Virus record (IMG/VR): IMGVR_UViG_2537561977_000030
Span: 1 to 24,811 of that record
Strand: one strand, 5' to 3'
DNA: 24,811 bases
Source of the DNA: a virus
Lineage: Duplodnaviria > Heunggongvirae > Uroviricota > Caudoviricetes
Below are positions 17,113 through 24,811 of this stretch, one piece after another (the stretch's first letter is position 1; each line of letters starts with the position of its first letter). Position numbers and translations under genes: made by a program. The notes beneath the pieces were generated by a model that did not search any database, had not been told where the DNA came from, and worked only from the letters and a program-made list of their open reading frames with translations.

Positions 17113-17484
17113 TTATTTACTGATACCGGTGATGAGATACCCGGCATCGCCACCCACCACGGCGACTTTGTAGATATCGGTATAACGGCAGTACTTCACC
17201 TTGCCGCCGGCCCCGTCGTATTTGTCTGCAACAGGCATCCCCTTACGACGCAGGGTGTAGCCGAAGGACGGCTCGTTCTCGTCCGCGCTGTCCGCCCCGA
17301 CGGCACGCTCGGTGTCATATTCCACAAAGGCGGTTTTTCCGAAGGTCGGTACACGCACGCCTTCCTTGTCCGTCAGCACGACGGGGAAAATACGTTCGCC
17401 GATGAATGCAGCATTTTTATAGCCACGGGCGATACTGGTCAGTACCGGATCAACGACACGTTTACCTTTTAAGTAATCAGACAT
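17113..17484 (-). CDS. Hypothetical 123-aa head-region protein
   Basis: ORF between the protease/scaffold and the DUF2190-like gene; no family recognised. Confidence 0.45.
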   Translation of the reverse strand: MSDYLKGKRVVDPVLTSIARGYKNAAFIGERIFPVVLTDKEGVRVPTFGKTAFVEYDTERAVGADSADENEPSFGYTLRRKGMPVADKYDGAGGKVKYCRYTDIYKVAVVGGDAGYLITGISK

Positions 17485-17498
17485 GCTCTCTTCTTAAA

Positions 17499-18614
17499 TT
17501 ACAGGCAGCGTGCGACAGCAGCCTCATAGCTGATGCCTTCTTTTTTCGACAGGGCCACTGCTTTCTGATGCAGGGCCAGACGCTCAGGATCGGCTTCCGC
17601 AAACTCCGCCACATCCACCTTCACCGCGTCGCCGACACGATCCTTTGTGGCCTGTTCGGCGAAGTTCATCACCGGCTCCCCGTCGGAGAGCAATGAACGG
17701 AAGGCGGTGGCCAGCGGTGTGCGGCTTTCCCCCTCAGCAAACTCCACCGGCTTGTCGCCACCGGCGACGGCATCCAGCAGGGCAACCACCACGGAGGAGG
17801 CGCGGGGAGCCAGACGACCCTCTGCGACCAGTTTTTCTGCAAAGGCCACATTGTCCTTATGCAGTTGCTCCTGTCTGGCCTGTGCATCACGCGCATCGCG
17901 ATCAGCAGCCTGCTGCTTCAGGTGGCGGTTCTCCTCCTGAAGGGCTTCAATCTCTTCTTTTGTCATCGATGATTCCTCGTTACTTGCGGAAGACGGCACA
18001 TGGCCTGTCTCACTGAATTGCGCACCTGCTGCATCCTGCGACGGTGTGTCGCGGTACGCCTCTTCGCGCAGACTGTTGAGCTGCCATTCCGGCAGGACTT
18101 TTTCTGCCTCGTCCAGACTGAAGCGGGCGATCAGAAAATCGCGCAGCTTTCCCCACAGTGAGGCATTCGTGATGGCCTGCCAGTCGGCGAACTCCACCAC
18201 ACCTTCTTCCTGCTCACTGAAGGACACCTGTTTCAGCCCTTTGACGGAAGGTGGCTGTGCCCCGAGAAAGCCCACATGGCGCAGGTAGAGTACGCCGGGC
18301 TTCGGATTGGACGGTGAATCCGGGAGGTAAAAAGAGGCGGACACTTTTTTGAATCGTCCGTCGGTGACCATCTCAGCAAACTGCGGGTCCAGTTGGGCAG
18401 GCTCTGCCATCAGATCGACGCCGCTGAGCGACAGGGTTTTCACCCAGCCCCACGCCGGGTCTTCCGTTCTGGGATGACCAATCACGAGTGGTGCTTCATG
18501 GACGGACGGGTCATAGGCTTTCACGCAGGCGGCAAGATCGTCTGGCGTGAACGGCAGTTTTTTGCCGTGCATATCGGTATGAGTACCGGCTTTAAAAATG
18601 TGAATGGCTGACAT
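17499..18614 (-). CDS. Head maturation protease/scaffold (Mu gpI-like)
   Basis: 371 aa; an N-terminal protease-like domain and a charged coiled-coil C-terminal half (EEIEALQEENRHLKQQAADRDARDAQARQEQ) typical of scaffolds. Confidence 0.65.
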   Translation of the reverse strand: MSAIHIFKAGTHTDMHGKKLPFTPDDLAACVKAYDPSVHEAPLVIGHPRTEDPAWGWVKTLSLSGVDLMAEPAQLDPQFAEMVTDGRFKKVSASFYLPDSPSNPKPGVLYLRHVGFLGAQPPSVKGLKQVSFSEQEEGVVEFADWQAITNASLWGKLRDFLIARFSLDEAEKVLPEWQLNSLREEAYRDTPSQDAAGAQFSETGHVPSSASNEESSMTKEEIEALQEENRHLKQQAADRDARDAQARQEQLHKDNVAFAEKLVAEGRLAPRASSVVVALLDAVAGGDKPVEFAEGESRTPLATAFRSLLSDGEPVMNFAEQATKDRVGDAVKVDVAEFAEADPERLALHQKAVALSKKEGISYEAAVARCL

Positions 18615-18828
18615 TTTGCTGTCCCGCGTTATGTTGTCGGAGACAGTTTGTGAGAAATGCAGGCCCGGCGATTTTAATCTGCTTTAGAAAACATCAGGGG
18701 AGAAGGACAGGGAAAGCAATGCGGTGAACCGGAGGCGGTTATAAAACAGAGGCTGTAAAGCCTTTATAAAGGTAATACAGCCCCTCAGTTGCTGGCAATG
18801 ATAAATCACCCGCCTGAAGGGAGAAACC

Positions 18829-19287
18829 TCAGCGACGGGCCGCTGATTCAAGATGGCGGACAATGGTATCGAGGATGGGGATTACCACTTCAGGCTGTAG
18901 TTCTCCATCCCCCGTCACCGGCAGGAACGGGCGGGCCGGAAGTTCAACGGACTCATTACGCCCCGTTTTACCCCCGAACTGGTGAATGGCACCGTAAACA
19001 ACGTTGGTCCCCACAACAGCCTGCCGGTCGTCATGGTCGGTTGATACTGACCCCATCAGACGCCCGGTATCCTGCAGTGTCTGTCCGTCACGTTCTTCCG
19101 CTGCCAGCGAGGGCATCCACCCCGGACGCCCCTCATCAAGAAAGTTAAACTGTGTTTCCGCCAGCAGGGTTCCGGCGATTTTGCGCATCGCGGGCTCCAT
19201 GTCTGTGGCAGCAAGATCCAGCGCACGGAGGCTCCGGCGCAGGGAGTCATCGTTAATGGAGATACTGACCAGATTGTCGGAAGCCAT
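18829..19287 (-). CDS. Virion morphogenesis protein (Mu G-like)
   Basis: 152-aa ORF directly downstream of the F-like gene; size and position match Mu G. Confidence 0.6.
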   Translation of the reverse strand: MASDNLVSISINDDSLRRSLRALDLAATDMEPAMRKIAGTLLAETQFNFLDEGRPGWMPSLAAEERDGQTLQDTGRLMGSVSTDHDDRQAVVGTNVVYGAIHQFGGKTGRNESVELPARPFLPVTGDGELQPEVVIPILDTIVRHLESAARR

Positions 19288-19289
19288 TG

Positions 19290-20111
19290 TTATCCTCTCA
19301 GTTCCTGTTGTGCCAGTGGCTGAAGCGTACCCTGATAGCGGGCAAGGTCGGGACGGTATGCTGCCCCCGGTGCATAAGACCAGCCGACGTCGGTGGTCAC
19401 CTTCGTGGTGCCGGTATTAAAGGTGGCCACGTTCCGCATTTCGCCGGTTTTCTCTGAGACCAGTTTCAGTTCATGGCCCATGGCAGAGCCGGAGCTGATA
19501 ACCTTCAGGCCACGGGCACGTACATCCGCCGCACTCAGGGCAATCACACTACAGCGGCAGCGCCAGCCGTTCGGCGGGTAAAATGCCTGCCAGAACGGGT
19601 CATCCCAGCGCAGCACCAGACCATGCAGCGCCAGATGGCTCCTGCGGGTATGGCTGTCGTTGATGCCGGTATACATCCAGTACGGCCTGTCGTCGACGTT
19701 TTCCATCTGTTCCGCCCAACGACCGGCGCTGTAGAGTACGGACATATTGGTGCGAAAGATGGTATCGAGCCGCCACGAACTGCCCTGCTGAATGGTGACC
19801 GGCTCACCCGTTACCGGGTCAGTCGTGTCACTCGGTCCCCACCATCCCCTGCGCTTCAGCGCCGGCTCCAGCTCCTGCCGGAACCAGCGATCGGTTTTTC
19901 CTTCATCGACAGCCTGCTGCAGTGTCCCACGAATATCTTCCAGGATATCCAGGCGGGTCACTTTAGCGACGGTAAAGGCGCGGGCATGGGCTTCCTGCCA
20001 CATTTCTTCCCAGTCCCAGGTAATCTGATACCCTTTGGACTTCAGGTAGCTGATTGCCCGCTTCGGGGGAAGCGTCATGCAGTACGCCAGTTCAGCCGTT
20101 GTCACGCTCAT
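19290..20111 (-). CDS. Head morphogenesis protein (Mu F / SPP1 gp7 family)
   Basis: F-family-like sequence. Likely ATG at 20111 with a GGGGG ribosome-binding site; the track start at 20138 is TTG. Confidence 0.75.
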   Translation of the reverse strand: MSVTTAELAYCMTLPPKRAISYLKSKGYQITWDWEEMWQEAHARAFTVAKVTRLDILEDIRGTLQQAVDEGKTDRWFRQELEPALKRRGWWGPSDTTDPVTGEPVTIQQGSSWRLDTIFRTNMSVLYSAGRWAEQMENVDDRPYWMYTGINDSHTRRSHLALHGLVLRWDDPFWQAFYPPNGWRCRCSVIALSAADVRARGLKVISSGSAMGHELKLVSEKTGEMRNVATFNTGTTKVTTDVGWSYAPGAAYRPDLARYQGTLQPLAQQELRG

Positions 20112-21108
20112 GCAGACGCCCCCAGATATTTGCCACAAAGAGAATGCGGGCCAGCCGTTCCTGCAGATCGTCCGTGTTCATCTGAGGGTAGAGCTCCGCC
20201 AGTTCGCCCAGCAGCTCAGACGGGTTAACCCCATTTTCGACCCGCTTAAACAGAGGTGCCAGGACGGGTTCCAGCGTGCCATTTAACGCGCCTCCGTTCA
20301 TCAGAATGTCCAGCGCGTCGTCAAGCTGCTGCTGAGCCTGAATATCGGCATCAATCGCCTCGGCAAATGACAGCGGCAACATGTTCTTCTCGCGTTCTGA
20401 CGGTGGTGTCTCGTCAATATCGCCGTCCTGCAGCTGGTACTCACGCTTAAAGTATTGCGGGGTCAGACGCAGACCCGCCCGGGTGAGTTTTTCGTCGCGG
20501 GTGGCACGGGTGTCATCAATGGCCTCCTGTTCCCACATGGCCCAGACCGGACACGGCACATCGCCGAAGTTCAGGGTGACCACCGTTCTGATGACCTGAT
20601 TCACTGCCGCCTGAATGATGTCCGCATCCGCATCGCGGATATCAGCCGTTACCTCCAGCCCGGCCTGTGCAGAGGCCTTGTTACTGTTCGCTTCCGTGGT
20701 CTGATTCTGACCGAGTAATGCAATGGAGATCTCACTGCGTGACAGCGTGATCAGCTCGCGGAATACCTCGCTGCTGTCCGCCTTGCCATCCGCGGCTTTG
20801 AGTTCGATGCTGCTGTCATCGGGGATGGCGGCCACCGCGTCCTCCACCATCTGCTCCATGGAGTCCAGCAGTTTTTCAATCTCTGCATCATTTGCACCCC
20901 TCGGGTGCTTACCGATCACCCACGGGGAGCCAAACTTTTCGGCAAAGCGGAGCCAGAATTTCATCCCGCCTTTCTTGAAGGCGACCGGCCAGAAGCACAT
21001 GGACAGATCCGGAAAACCGTAAGGATTGTCATAGGATGCATCCTGTGCCGGCACCACGAATTTTGACGGTGACAACAGCTCACCCTCCACACCCGCATCA
21101 CGTGCCCG
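20092..21108 (-). pseudogene. Portal protein (Mu gp29 / DUF935-type), N-terminally truncated remnant
   Basis: About 335 codons where DUF935 portals run about 500. An in-frame stop lies immediately upstream at 21109-21111, and there is no credible start or ribosome-binding site. Confidence 0.65.
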
Positions 21109-21145
21109 TCATGGAATTCTCCCGCCCTGACAGGGAGGACTCGCA

Positions 21146-21418
21146 ATGATTACCCCACAGGAAGCACGACAGCGCACCCGAACCCTTGTTGAACACTATG
21201 TCAACGAGTGTGAATACCGCGACCTCACCGATGTGAAGCACGTCCTGACGGCGCTAATCAGCATGGCCGCTCAGGCCATTGTGGCGACCAACGGAAAGGC
21301 GGCTGCCCTGCAGGTACTGGTGAACACACTCACCCACACGGCAGAGCATGAGGTGCCGTACCGGATGGAAACCACTGCAGAAGGCGGCCTGCACATCACC
21401 GTCAGCCGGAAGCACTGA
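21146..21418 (+). CDS. Hypothetical 90-aa protein
   Basis: ATG preceded by GGGAGG; first gene of a plus-strand operon. Confidence 0.55.
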   Translation: MITPQEARQRTRTLVEHYVNECEYRDLTDVKHVLTALISMAAQAIVATNGKAAALQVLVNTLTHTAEHEVPYRMETTAEGGLHITVSRKH

Positions 21419-21427
21419 GGGCGCGGC

Positions 21428-21724
21428 ATGACACGAAACACCGAACTCACCCGCACCGCCCTCTACCGTCTGGCCCTGCAGCGTTTCGGGCCGGACGCAC
21501 AGGCCCTGAAACTGACAGAAGAGGCCGCTGAACTGGCGGCCAGTGCTGCCCGCAATCTGAACGGACAGGGCAGCGAAAGTGACCTCGCGGCAGAGCTGGC
21601 AGACGTGGAAATCATGACAGAGCAACTGCGCCTTCAGGGGATGGACCGGCTGATTGACTTCCACAAACAGAAAAAACTGGAACGTCTGGCTGCACGACTG
21701 GGCGTGATTTACACGAACGAGTAA
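21428..21724 (+). CDS. MazG-like nucleotide pyrophosphohydrolase (small, phage type)
   Basis: 98 aa with an EEAAELAASAA...ELADVEIM arrangement matching the EExxE...ExxD metal-binding pattern of the MazG/HisE-like fold. Confidence 0.55.
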   Translation: MTRNTELTRTALYRLALQRFGPDAQALKLTEEAAELAASAARNLNGQGSESDLAAELADVEIMTEQLRLQGMDRLIDFHKQKKLERLAARLGVIYTNE

Positions 21725-21738
21725 CCGGGAGGCATTCA

Positions 21739-21955
21739 ATGGCTGACATACTCAGGGAAATCACCGCATGGACACTGATTCTTACTGGCCTGGCGACATG
21801 CCTCAGTACGGGGGGCAGCCCTGGCTGCCCTGCTGATGCACATAACAACACAGTGGTTATGGGAAAAGCTTAAAGCAGCATACAGCCTGAAAGAGCTGTC
21901 CGACGCTGTCCGGGCATGGAAACGGCAGAAAAATACCGGAGATACTGAACAATGA
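21739..21955 (+). pseudogene. Small membrane-protein gene apparently frameshifted at a G6 run
   Basis: ATG at 21739 with a GGGAGG ribosome-binding site reads MADILREITAWTLILTGLA... The downstream frame, which ends in a TGA overlapping the next gene's ATG (ATGA), is reached by removing one G from 21810-21815. Confidence 0.35.
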
Positions 21956-22635
21956 CAGATCAGAATAAACACATTGAGAAACTGAAAAAGTTGCTGGCGC
22001 TGGCTGCATCCGGCAACCCGCACGAGGCCGCTCTTGCACTGCGCCGTGCCCGTAAACTGATGGATGTTCACGGCATCACACATTCCGACATAGCCATGAG
22101 TGATATTGATGAAACCATCAGTCACTACTGGCCGACAGGCAGCCTCCGTCCACCGCGCTACATGCCAGGCCTGATGAACATCATCCGCGAGGCATTTGGT
22201 GTTAACTCCATCATTCACCCCGGCACATATCCGGGTGTGGGGTTCTACGGCAACCGGGAACGGGCCGCACTGGCTGCGTACACCTGGGAGGTGCTGGCCC
22301 GCCAGTTGAAAAAGGCGCGTCAGCAATATATCAGCGCACAGAACAAAAGAATAAAAACTGCCACCCGTACCAGCCGTGGTGACCAGTTTGCTGAAGGCTG
22401 GGTGCTGGCCGTTATCAGTGAAATACAGTCCTTCGCCCTGACCGATGACGAACGTGAACTGATGCAGCAGTGGCTGGAACATAAATACCCGCAAACGCAA
22501 ACCACCAGGGCGCGTAAACCGGGAAGAAGTCGCAATGGCGACGCCTCGCGCTATGCGGGGTTTCGTGAAGGGCAGAACGTCAGACTGCACCGCCCGGTCA
22601 GTGGGCAGGAACAACAGAAACTGGAGGCCAGATGA
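21952..22635 (+). CDS. DUF2786-like domain protein
   Basis: 227 aa; N-terminal KHIEKLKKLLALAASGNPHEAALALRRARKLM motif as recalled for DUF2786; ATGA start overlap with the upstream gene. Confidence 0.5.
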   Translation: MTDQNKHIEKLKKLLALAASGNPHEAALALRRARKLMDVHGITHSDIAMSDIDETISHYWPTGSLRPPRYMPGLMNIIREAFGVNSIIHPGTYPGVGFYGNRERAALAAYTWEVLARQLKKARQQYISAQNKRIKTATRTSRGDQFAEGWVLAVISEIQSFALTDDERELMQQWLEHKYPQTQTTRARKPGRSRNGDASRYAGFREGQNVRLHRPVSGQEQQKLEAR

Positions 22636-22862
22636 TTACGCTATCAGGTAACAGCCGGAAATTAAAAGCCTGCCGAATATCTGCCAGATACCTTTTTGCC
22701 CGCGCCTTTTTTAAGAACGTCAGGCCGGGGATCACAATTGGTGTTATTGCCGGACGCGAACAGGTTGAAAAATACATGTCAGGTGCATGGTGGAATAACG
22801 ACCCTGTCATTGCTGCCCGTAATATTCATATCAGTTGGGGGGATATTCAGAATGACTGCTGA
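22632..22862 (+). CDS. Hypothetical 76-aa protein
   Basis: ATG overlaps the upstream stop (ATGA). An alternative frame (22696-23067) overlaps, so the assignment is uncertain. Confidence 0.35.
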   Translation: MITLSGNSRKLKACRISARYLFARAFFKNVRPGITIGVIAGREQVEKYMSGAWWNNDPVIAARNIHISWGDIQNDC

Positions 22863-23067
22863 ATCTGTTGTATGTGCCCTGTTCTGGTATTGTTTTGTCG
22901 GTTGGTGTACTGCTGAACTGCACCGCCGTTCAGGGTTTTATTCACGTTACAGTGGTGCCAGCTACTGGATTAGCTGGTCGGTGATGTTCCTGTGCTGGCC
23001 TGTGGCGCTTCCTTTATATGTCGATTATATCGGTGGCGCAGGTAAAAGGAGCAACGATGATGACTAA
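22852..23067 (+). CDS. Small membrane protein (71 aa, two predicted transmembrane segments)
   Basis: ATG at 22852; hydrophobic stretches VVCALFWYCFVGW and WISWSVMFLCWPVALPL. Confidence 0.4.
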   Translation: MTAESVVCALFWYCFVGWCTAELHRRSGFYSRYSGASYWISWSVMFLCWPVALPLYVDYIGGAGKRSNDDD

Positions 23068-23509
23068 ACAACGTCTTATCCAGCTCATTCATATTGCCCG
23101 TAATGAACTGGGTATGGATGAAGACACCTACCGCCAGATGTTACAGGGGCTGACCGGTAAAGCCTCAACCAAAGGAATGGATACCACACAACTAAACTGC
23201 GTGCTGGAATCCATGAAAAGGAAAGGCTTTCGCGTTAAGCCTGCCGGAAAAGCCAGCTCCGGTTTACCGCTGGATAACCATCCGCAGTCCAGGAAAATCC
23301 GTGCGCTATGGCTTGAAATGGCTGCTGCCGGCATTGTTCGTGACCGTTCAGAAAATGCATTAGCGCGGTGGATCAAGCGGGAAACGGGCATCAGCGCCCT
23401 GCGCTGGCTCAATACTGAACAGGCAAGCAGTGTTATTGAGAAACTGAAGAAGTGGCAGCACAGAGCTGCGGGAGTAAAACATGAGCGACCTGAATCAGTT
23501 TCGAAGTAA
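23057..23509 (+). CDS. gemA: GemA-like protein (Mu gp16 family, DUF1018)
   Basis: MMTKQRLIQLIHIARNELGMDEDTYRQMLQGLTGKAS...MKRKGF...SRKIRALWLEMAAAGIVRDRSENALARWIKRETGISALRWL matches the gp16 family pattern; AAAGGAG before the ATG. Confidence 0.75.
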   Translation: MMTKQRLIQLIHIARNELGMDEDTYRQMLQGLTGKASTKGMDTTQLNCVLESMKRKGFRVKPAGKASSGLPLDNHPQSRKIRALWLEMAAAGIVRDRSENALARWIKRETGISALRWLNTEQASSVIEKLKKWQHRAAGVKHERPESVSK

Positions 23510-23867
23510 AGGGCCGGAACTCCTGGTGGAGCTGGCACAGCATACCTCTGAGACCGTTCGCGAGATTATTGATATTGAGCCCGAAGTTGCCGACCAGATT
23601 GGTCAGGCCGTCGCGAACCGCATGATGCAGGTCTGGGGCGGGCAAAACGTTTATTTTCCTATGGGGATGAGATGGAAGATAAGCCAGCGTGACCGTGAAA
23701 TCTATGAGGCGTTTAACGGACGTAACCACCACGAACTGTCCCGCAGATTCAGGGTTTCAGTTCCCTGGATTTACAACCTGGTGAAGCGCGTAAGAAAGGA
23801 AGAAATCAGCCGGTTGCAGGGGCAGTTATTCGAAGACGATGATGAACCGGATGACAGCCGGGATTAA
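23481..23867 (+). CDS. mor: Mor/C-family transcriptional activator (Mu middle operon regulator-like)
   Basis: 128 aa; C-terminal GGQNVYFPMGMRWKISQRDREIYEAFNGRNHHELSRRFRVSVPWIYNLVKRVRK matches the Mor/C helix-turn-helix region; directly follows the gemA-like gene, as in Mu. Confidence 0.8.
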   Translation: MSDLNQFRSKGPELLVELAQHTSETVREIIDIEPEVADQIGQAVANRMMQVWGGQNVYFPMGMRWKISQRDREIYEAFNGRNHHELSRRFRVSVPWIYNLVKRVRKEEISRLQGQLFEDDDEPDDSRD

Positions 23868-23931
23868 TCAAAAGCGAGGTGATAATGCGCTATAAAACCC
23901 CCAACAGCGCCCCCCCTGAAGAAGGCAGACC

Positions 23932-24123
23932 ATGCAGATATGGCGATGGAAATTATCCGGCATTTTTTTTGACGGTCTGACTTCTGCTGAGGCGAGATAT
24001 GTTCTCCGGGAATGCGACAGGCTGATTGACAACTCGCGCCTGCATATCGGGCCTGATGAAAATTGTGTTTTGTATTACGGGAAAGTTTTACGTAACCCAC
24101 CACCACCGCCACCAAAGTGTTAA
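23932..24123 (+). CDS. Hypothetical 63-aa ORF ending in a proline run
   Basis: ORF only; region contains C7 and T8 homopolymers and a second short ORF from 23886 in another frame. Confidence 0.25.
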   Translation: MQIWRWKLSGIFFDGLTSAEARYVLRECDRLIDNSRLHIGPDENCVLYYGKVLRNPPPPPPKC

Positions 24124-24153
24124 CGAACGTCAATAAATTCCCGGTTTATGAAA

Positions 24154-24184
24154 AGCGCAATGGATAACCTGTTGCGCTTTTTTT
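24154..24184 (+). terminator. Rho-independent terminator
   Basis: Stem AGCGCAA...TTGCGC with an 11-nt loop, followed by a T7 run. Confidence 0.65.
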
Positions 24185-24217
24185 ATTCTGGCAGAAAAAC
24201 ATATCACCGGAGGAAAT

Positions 24218-24811
24218 ATGTTTGATGCATCCTTGCTGAATCTGCCATGGGCAACGCTGGTGACGCTCACCAGTGGTTATATCGGCTATTTTATTGCGAA
24301 CGTGGGGCTGAAGAACCATCACAAACCCATTGAGGTGACGTTTTCGACGCTGATTTTTGGTTTGCTGTCAATGATGGTTTACCAGGCTGTTATGTGGGCA
24401 GGTCTGAATTCGTGGCTGGCGACACCTCCAACACTTCTTTGCGCTTTTGCATACGCTGCATTATGGAGAAAATATGGGCGTAAATGGATGTACAGATTCC
24501 TCAGAAATAAGGATATATCATGGTCTGATGATACCCCCTCTGCCTGGATGCGTATGTTTGATCAACATGGATACTATATCAGCGAGGCGTATGTCTATCT
24601 GAAGAATGGTACTGTGCTGCTTTCTGAAAATCCGGGGAAATTTGAAGGCCAGGCCAGCGGTTCTTTTGTGTTAGGAGTGGAAAAAGACATAGTGATGTAT
24701 GTCACTCATGAAAAAAACCGGGGCGCGATGAATGGATTGAAAAAGATGTTGAAAGTAAAAGCTGGGGAGCGATGGCAACCTATATCCCTGCAGATCAGAT
24801 TGCCATGGTGA
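24218..24811 (+). CDS. Hypothetical membrane protein (197 aa; N-terminal transmembrane helices plus soluble C-terminal domain)
   Basis: GGAGGA ribosome-binding site before the ATG; hydrophobic N-terminus; stop is the last codon of the window. Confidence 0.6.
   Translation: MFDASLLNLPWATLVTLTSGYIGYFIANVGLKNHHKPIEVTFSTLIFGLLSMMVYQAVMWAGLNSWLATPPTLLCAFAYAALWRKYGRKWMYRFLRNKDISWSDDTPSAWMRMFDQHGYYISEAYVYLKNGTVLLSENPGKFEGQASGSFVLGVEKDIVMYVTHEKNRGAMNGLKKMLKVKAGERWQPISLQIRLPW

Noticed and set aside
16765-17484. Reading the 123-aa and 112-aa ORFs as one major capsid gene interrupted by a nonsense codon
   Set aside because: They are in frame, but the strong Shine-Dalgarno (TAAGGAGG) before the second ATG and its DUF2190-like composition argue for two genes, and the combined length (about 238 aa) is short for a Mu-type capsid protein. 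Left unresolved as a finding.
19473-20228. 251-aa plus-strand ORF opposite the F-like and portal genes
   Set aside because: Antisense artefact inside structural genes.
21126-21136. Palindrome CCCTGACAGGG upstream of the 90-aa ORF as a terminator
   Set aside because: Loop too small for a hairpin and no T-run; more likely coincidental or a protein-binding half-site.
21091-21145. Possibility that the right-hand region starts at a transposable-phage end (a second Mu-like insertion into the portal gene)
   Set aside because: No terminal repeat, repressor or transposase genes follow; the first genes are middle-region-like and gemA/mor are under 2 kb away. An internal rearrangement is more parsimonious.
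21736-22614. 292-aa minus-strand ORF opposite the DUF2786-like gene
   Set aside because: Cys-rich, low-complexity translation with no ribosome-binding site; the plus-strand genes show translational coupling (ATGA overlaps) and recognisable motifs.
1-24811. CRISPR arrays, rRNA or tRNA genes
   Set aside because: No regularly spaced direct repeats and no cloverleaf-like structured regions noticed by eye; the window is essentially all protein-coding. A proper tRNA scan was not possible here.

Overview
The window is almost entirely a Mu-like (transposable-phage-type) prophage fragment, probably from an enterobacterial genome (about 53% GC), and it looks defective and rearranged. No single obviously novel system stands out; the best candidates for undescribed biology are the uncharacterised small-gene cassette at 21146-23067, the 197-aa membrane protein at 24218-24811, and a repeated candidate late-promoter motif. 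The minus strand from about 21.1 kb down to 1 carries a late structural module: an N-terminally truncated portal remnant, F-like and G-like head morphogenesis genes, a protease/scaffold, two small head ORFs but no recognisable major capsid gene, tail sheath, tail tube, a chaperone pair with overlapping frames, tape measure, baseplate genes (P2 gpU/X/D/V/W/J/I-like), a tail-fibre gene split by an IS10-family insertion, and a G-segment-like invertible tail-fibre cassette bounded by hix/gix-like sites, ending in a frameshifted Hin/Gin/Pin-family invertase. The plus strand from 21.1 to 24.8 kb carries early/middle-type genes: small accessory ORFs (including a MazG-like protein and a DUF2786-like protein), GemA and Mor homologues, a terminator and the membrane protein. 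All family assignments come from reading the translations and from remembered family features; no database search was run.
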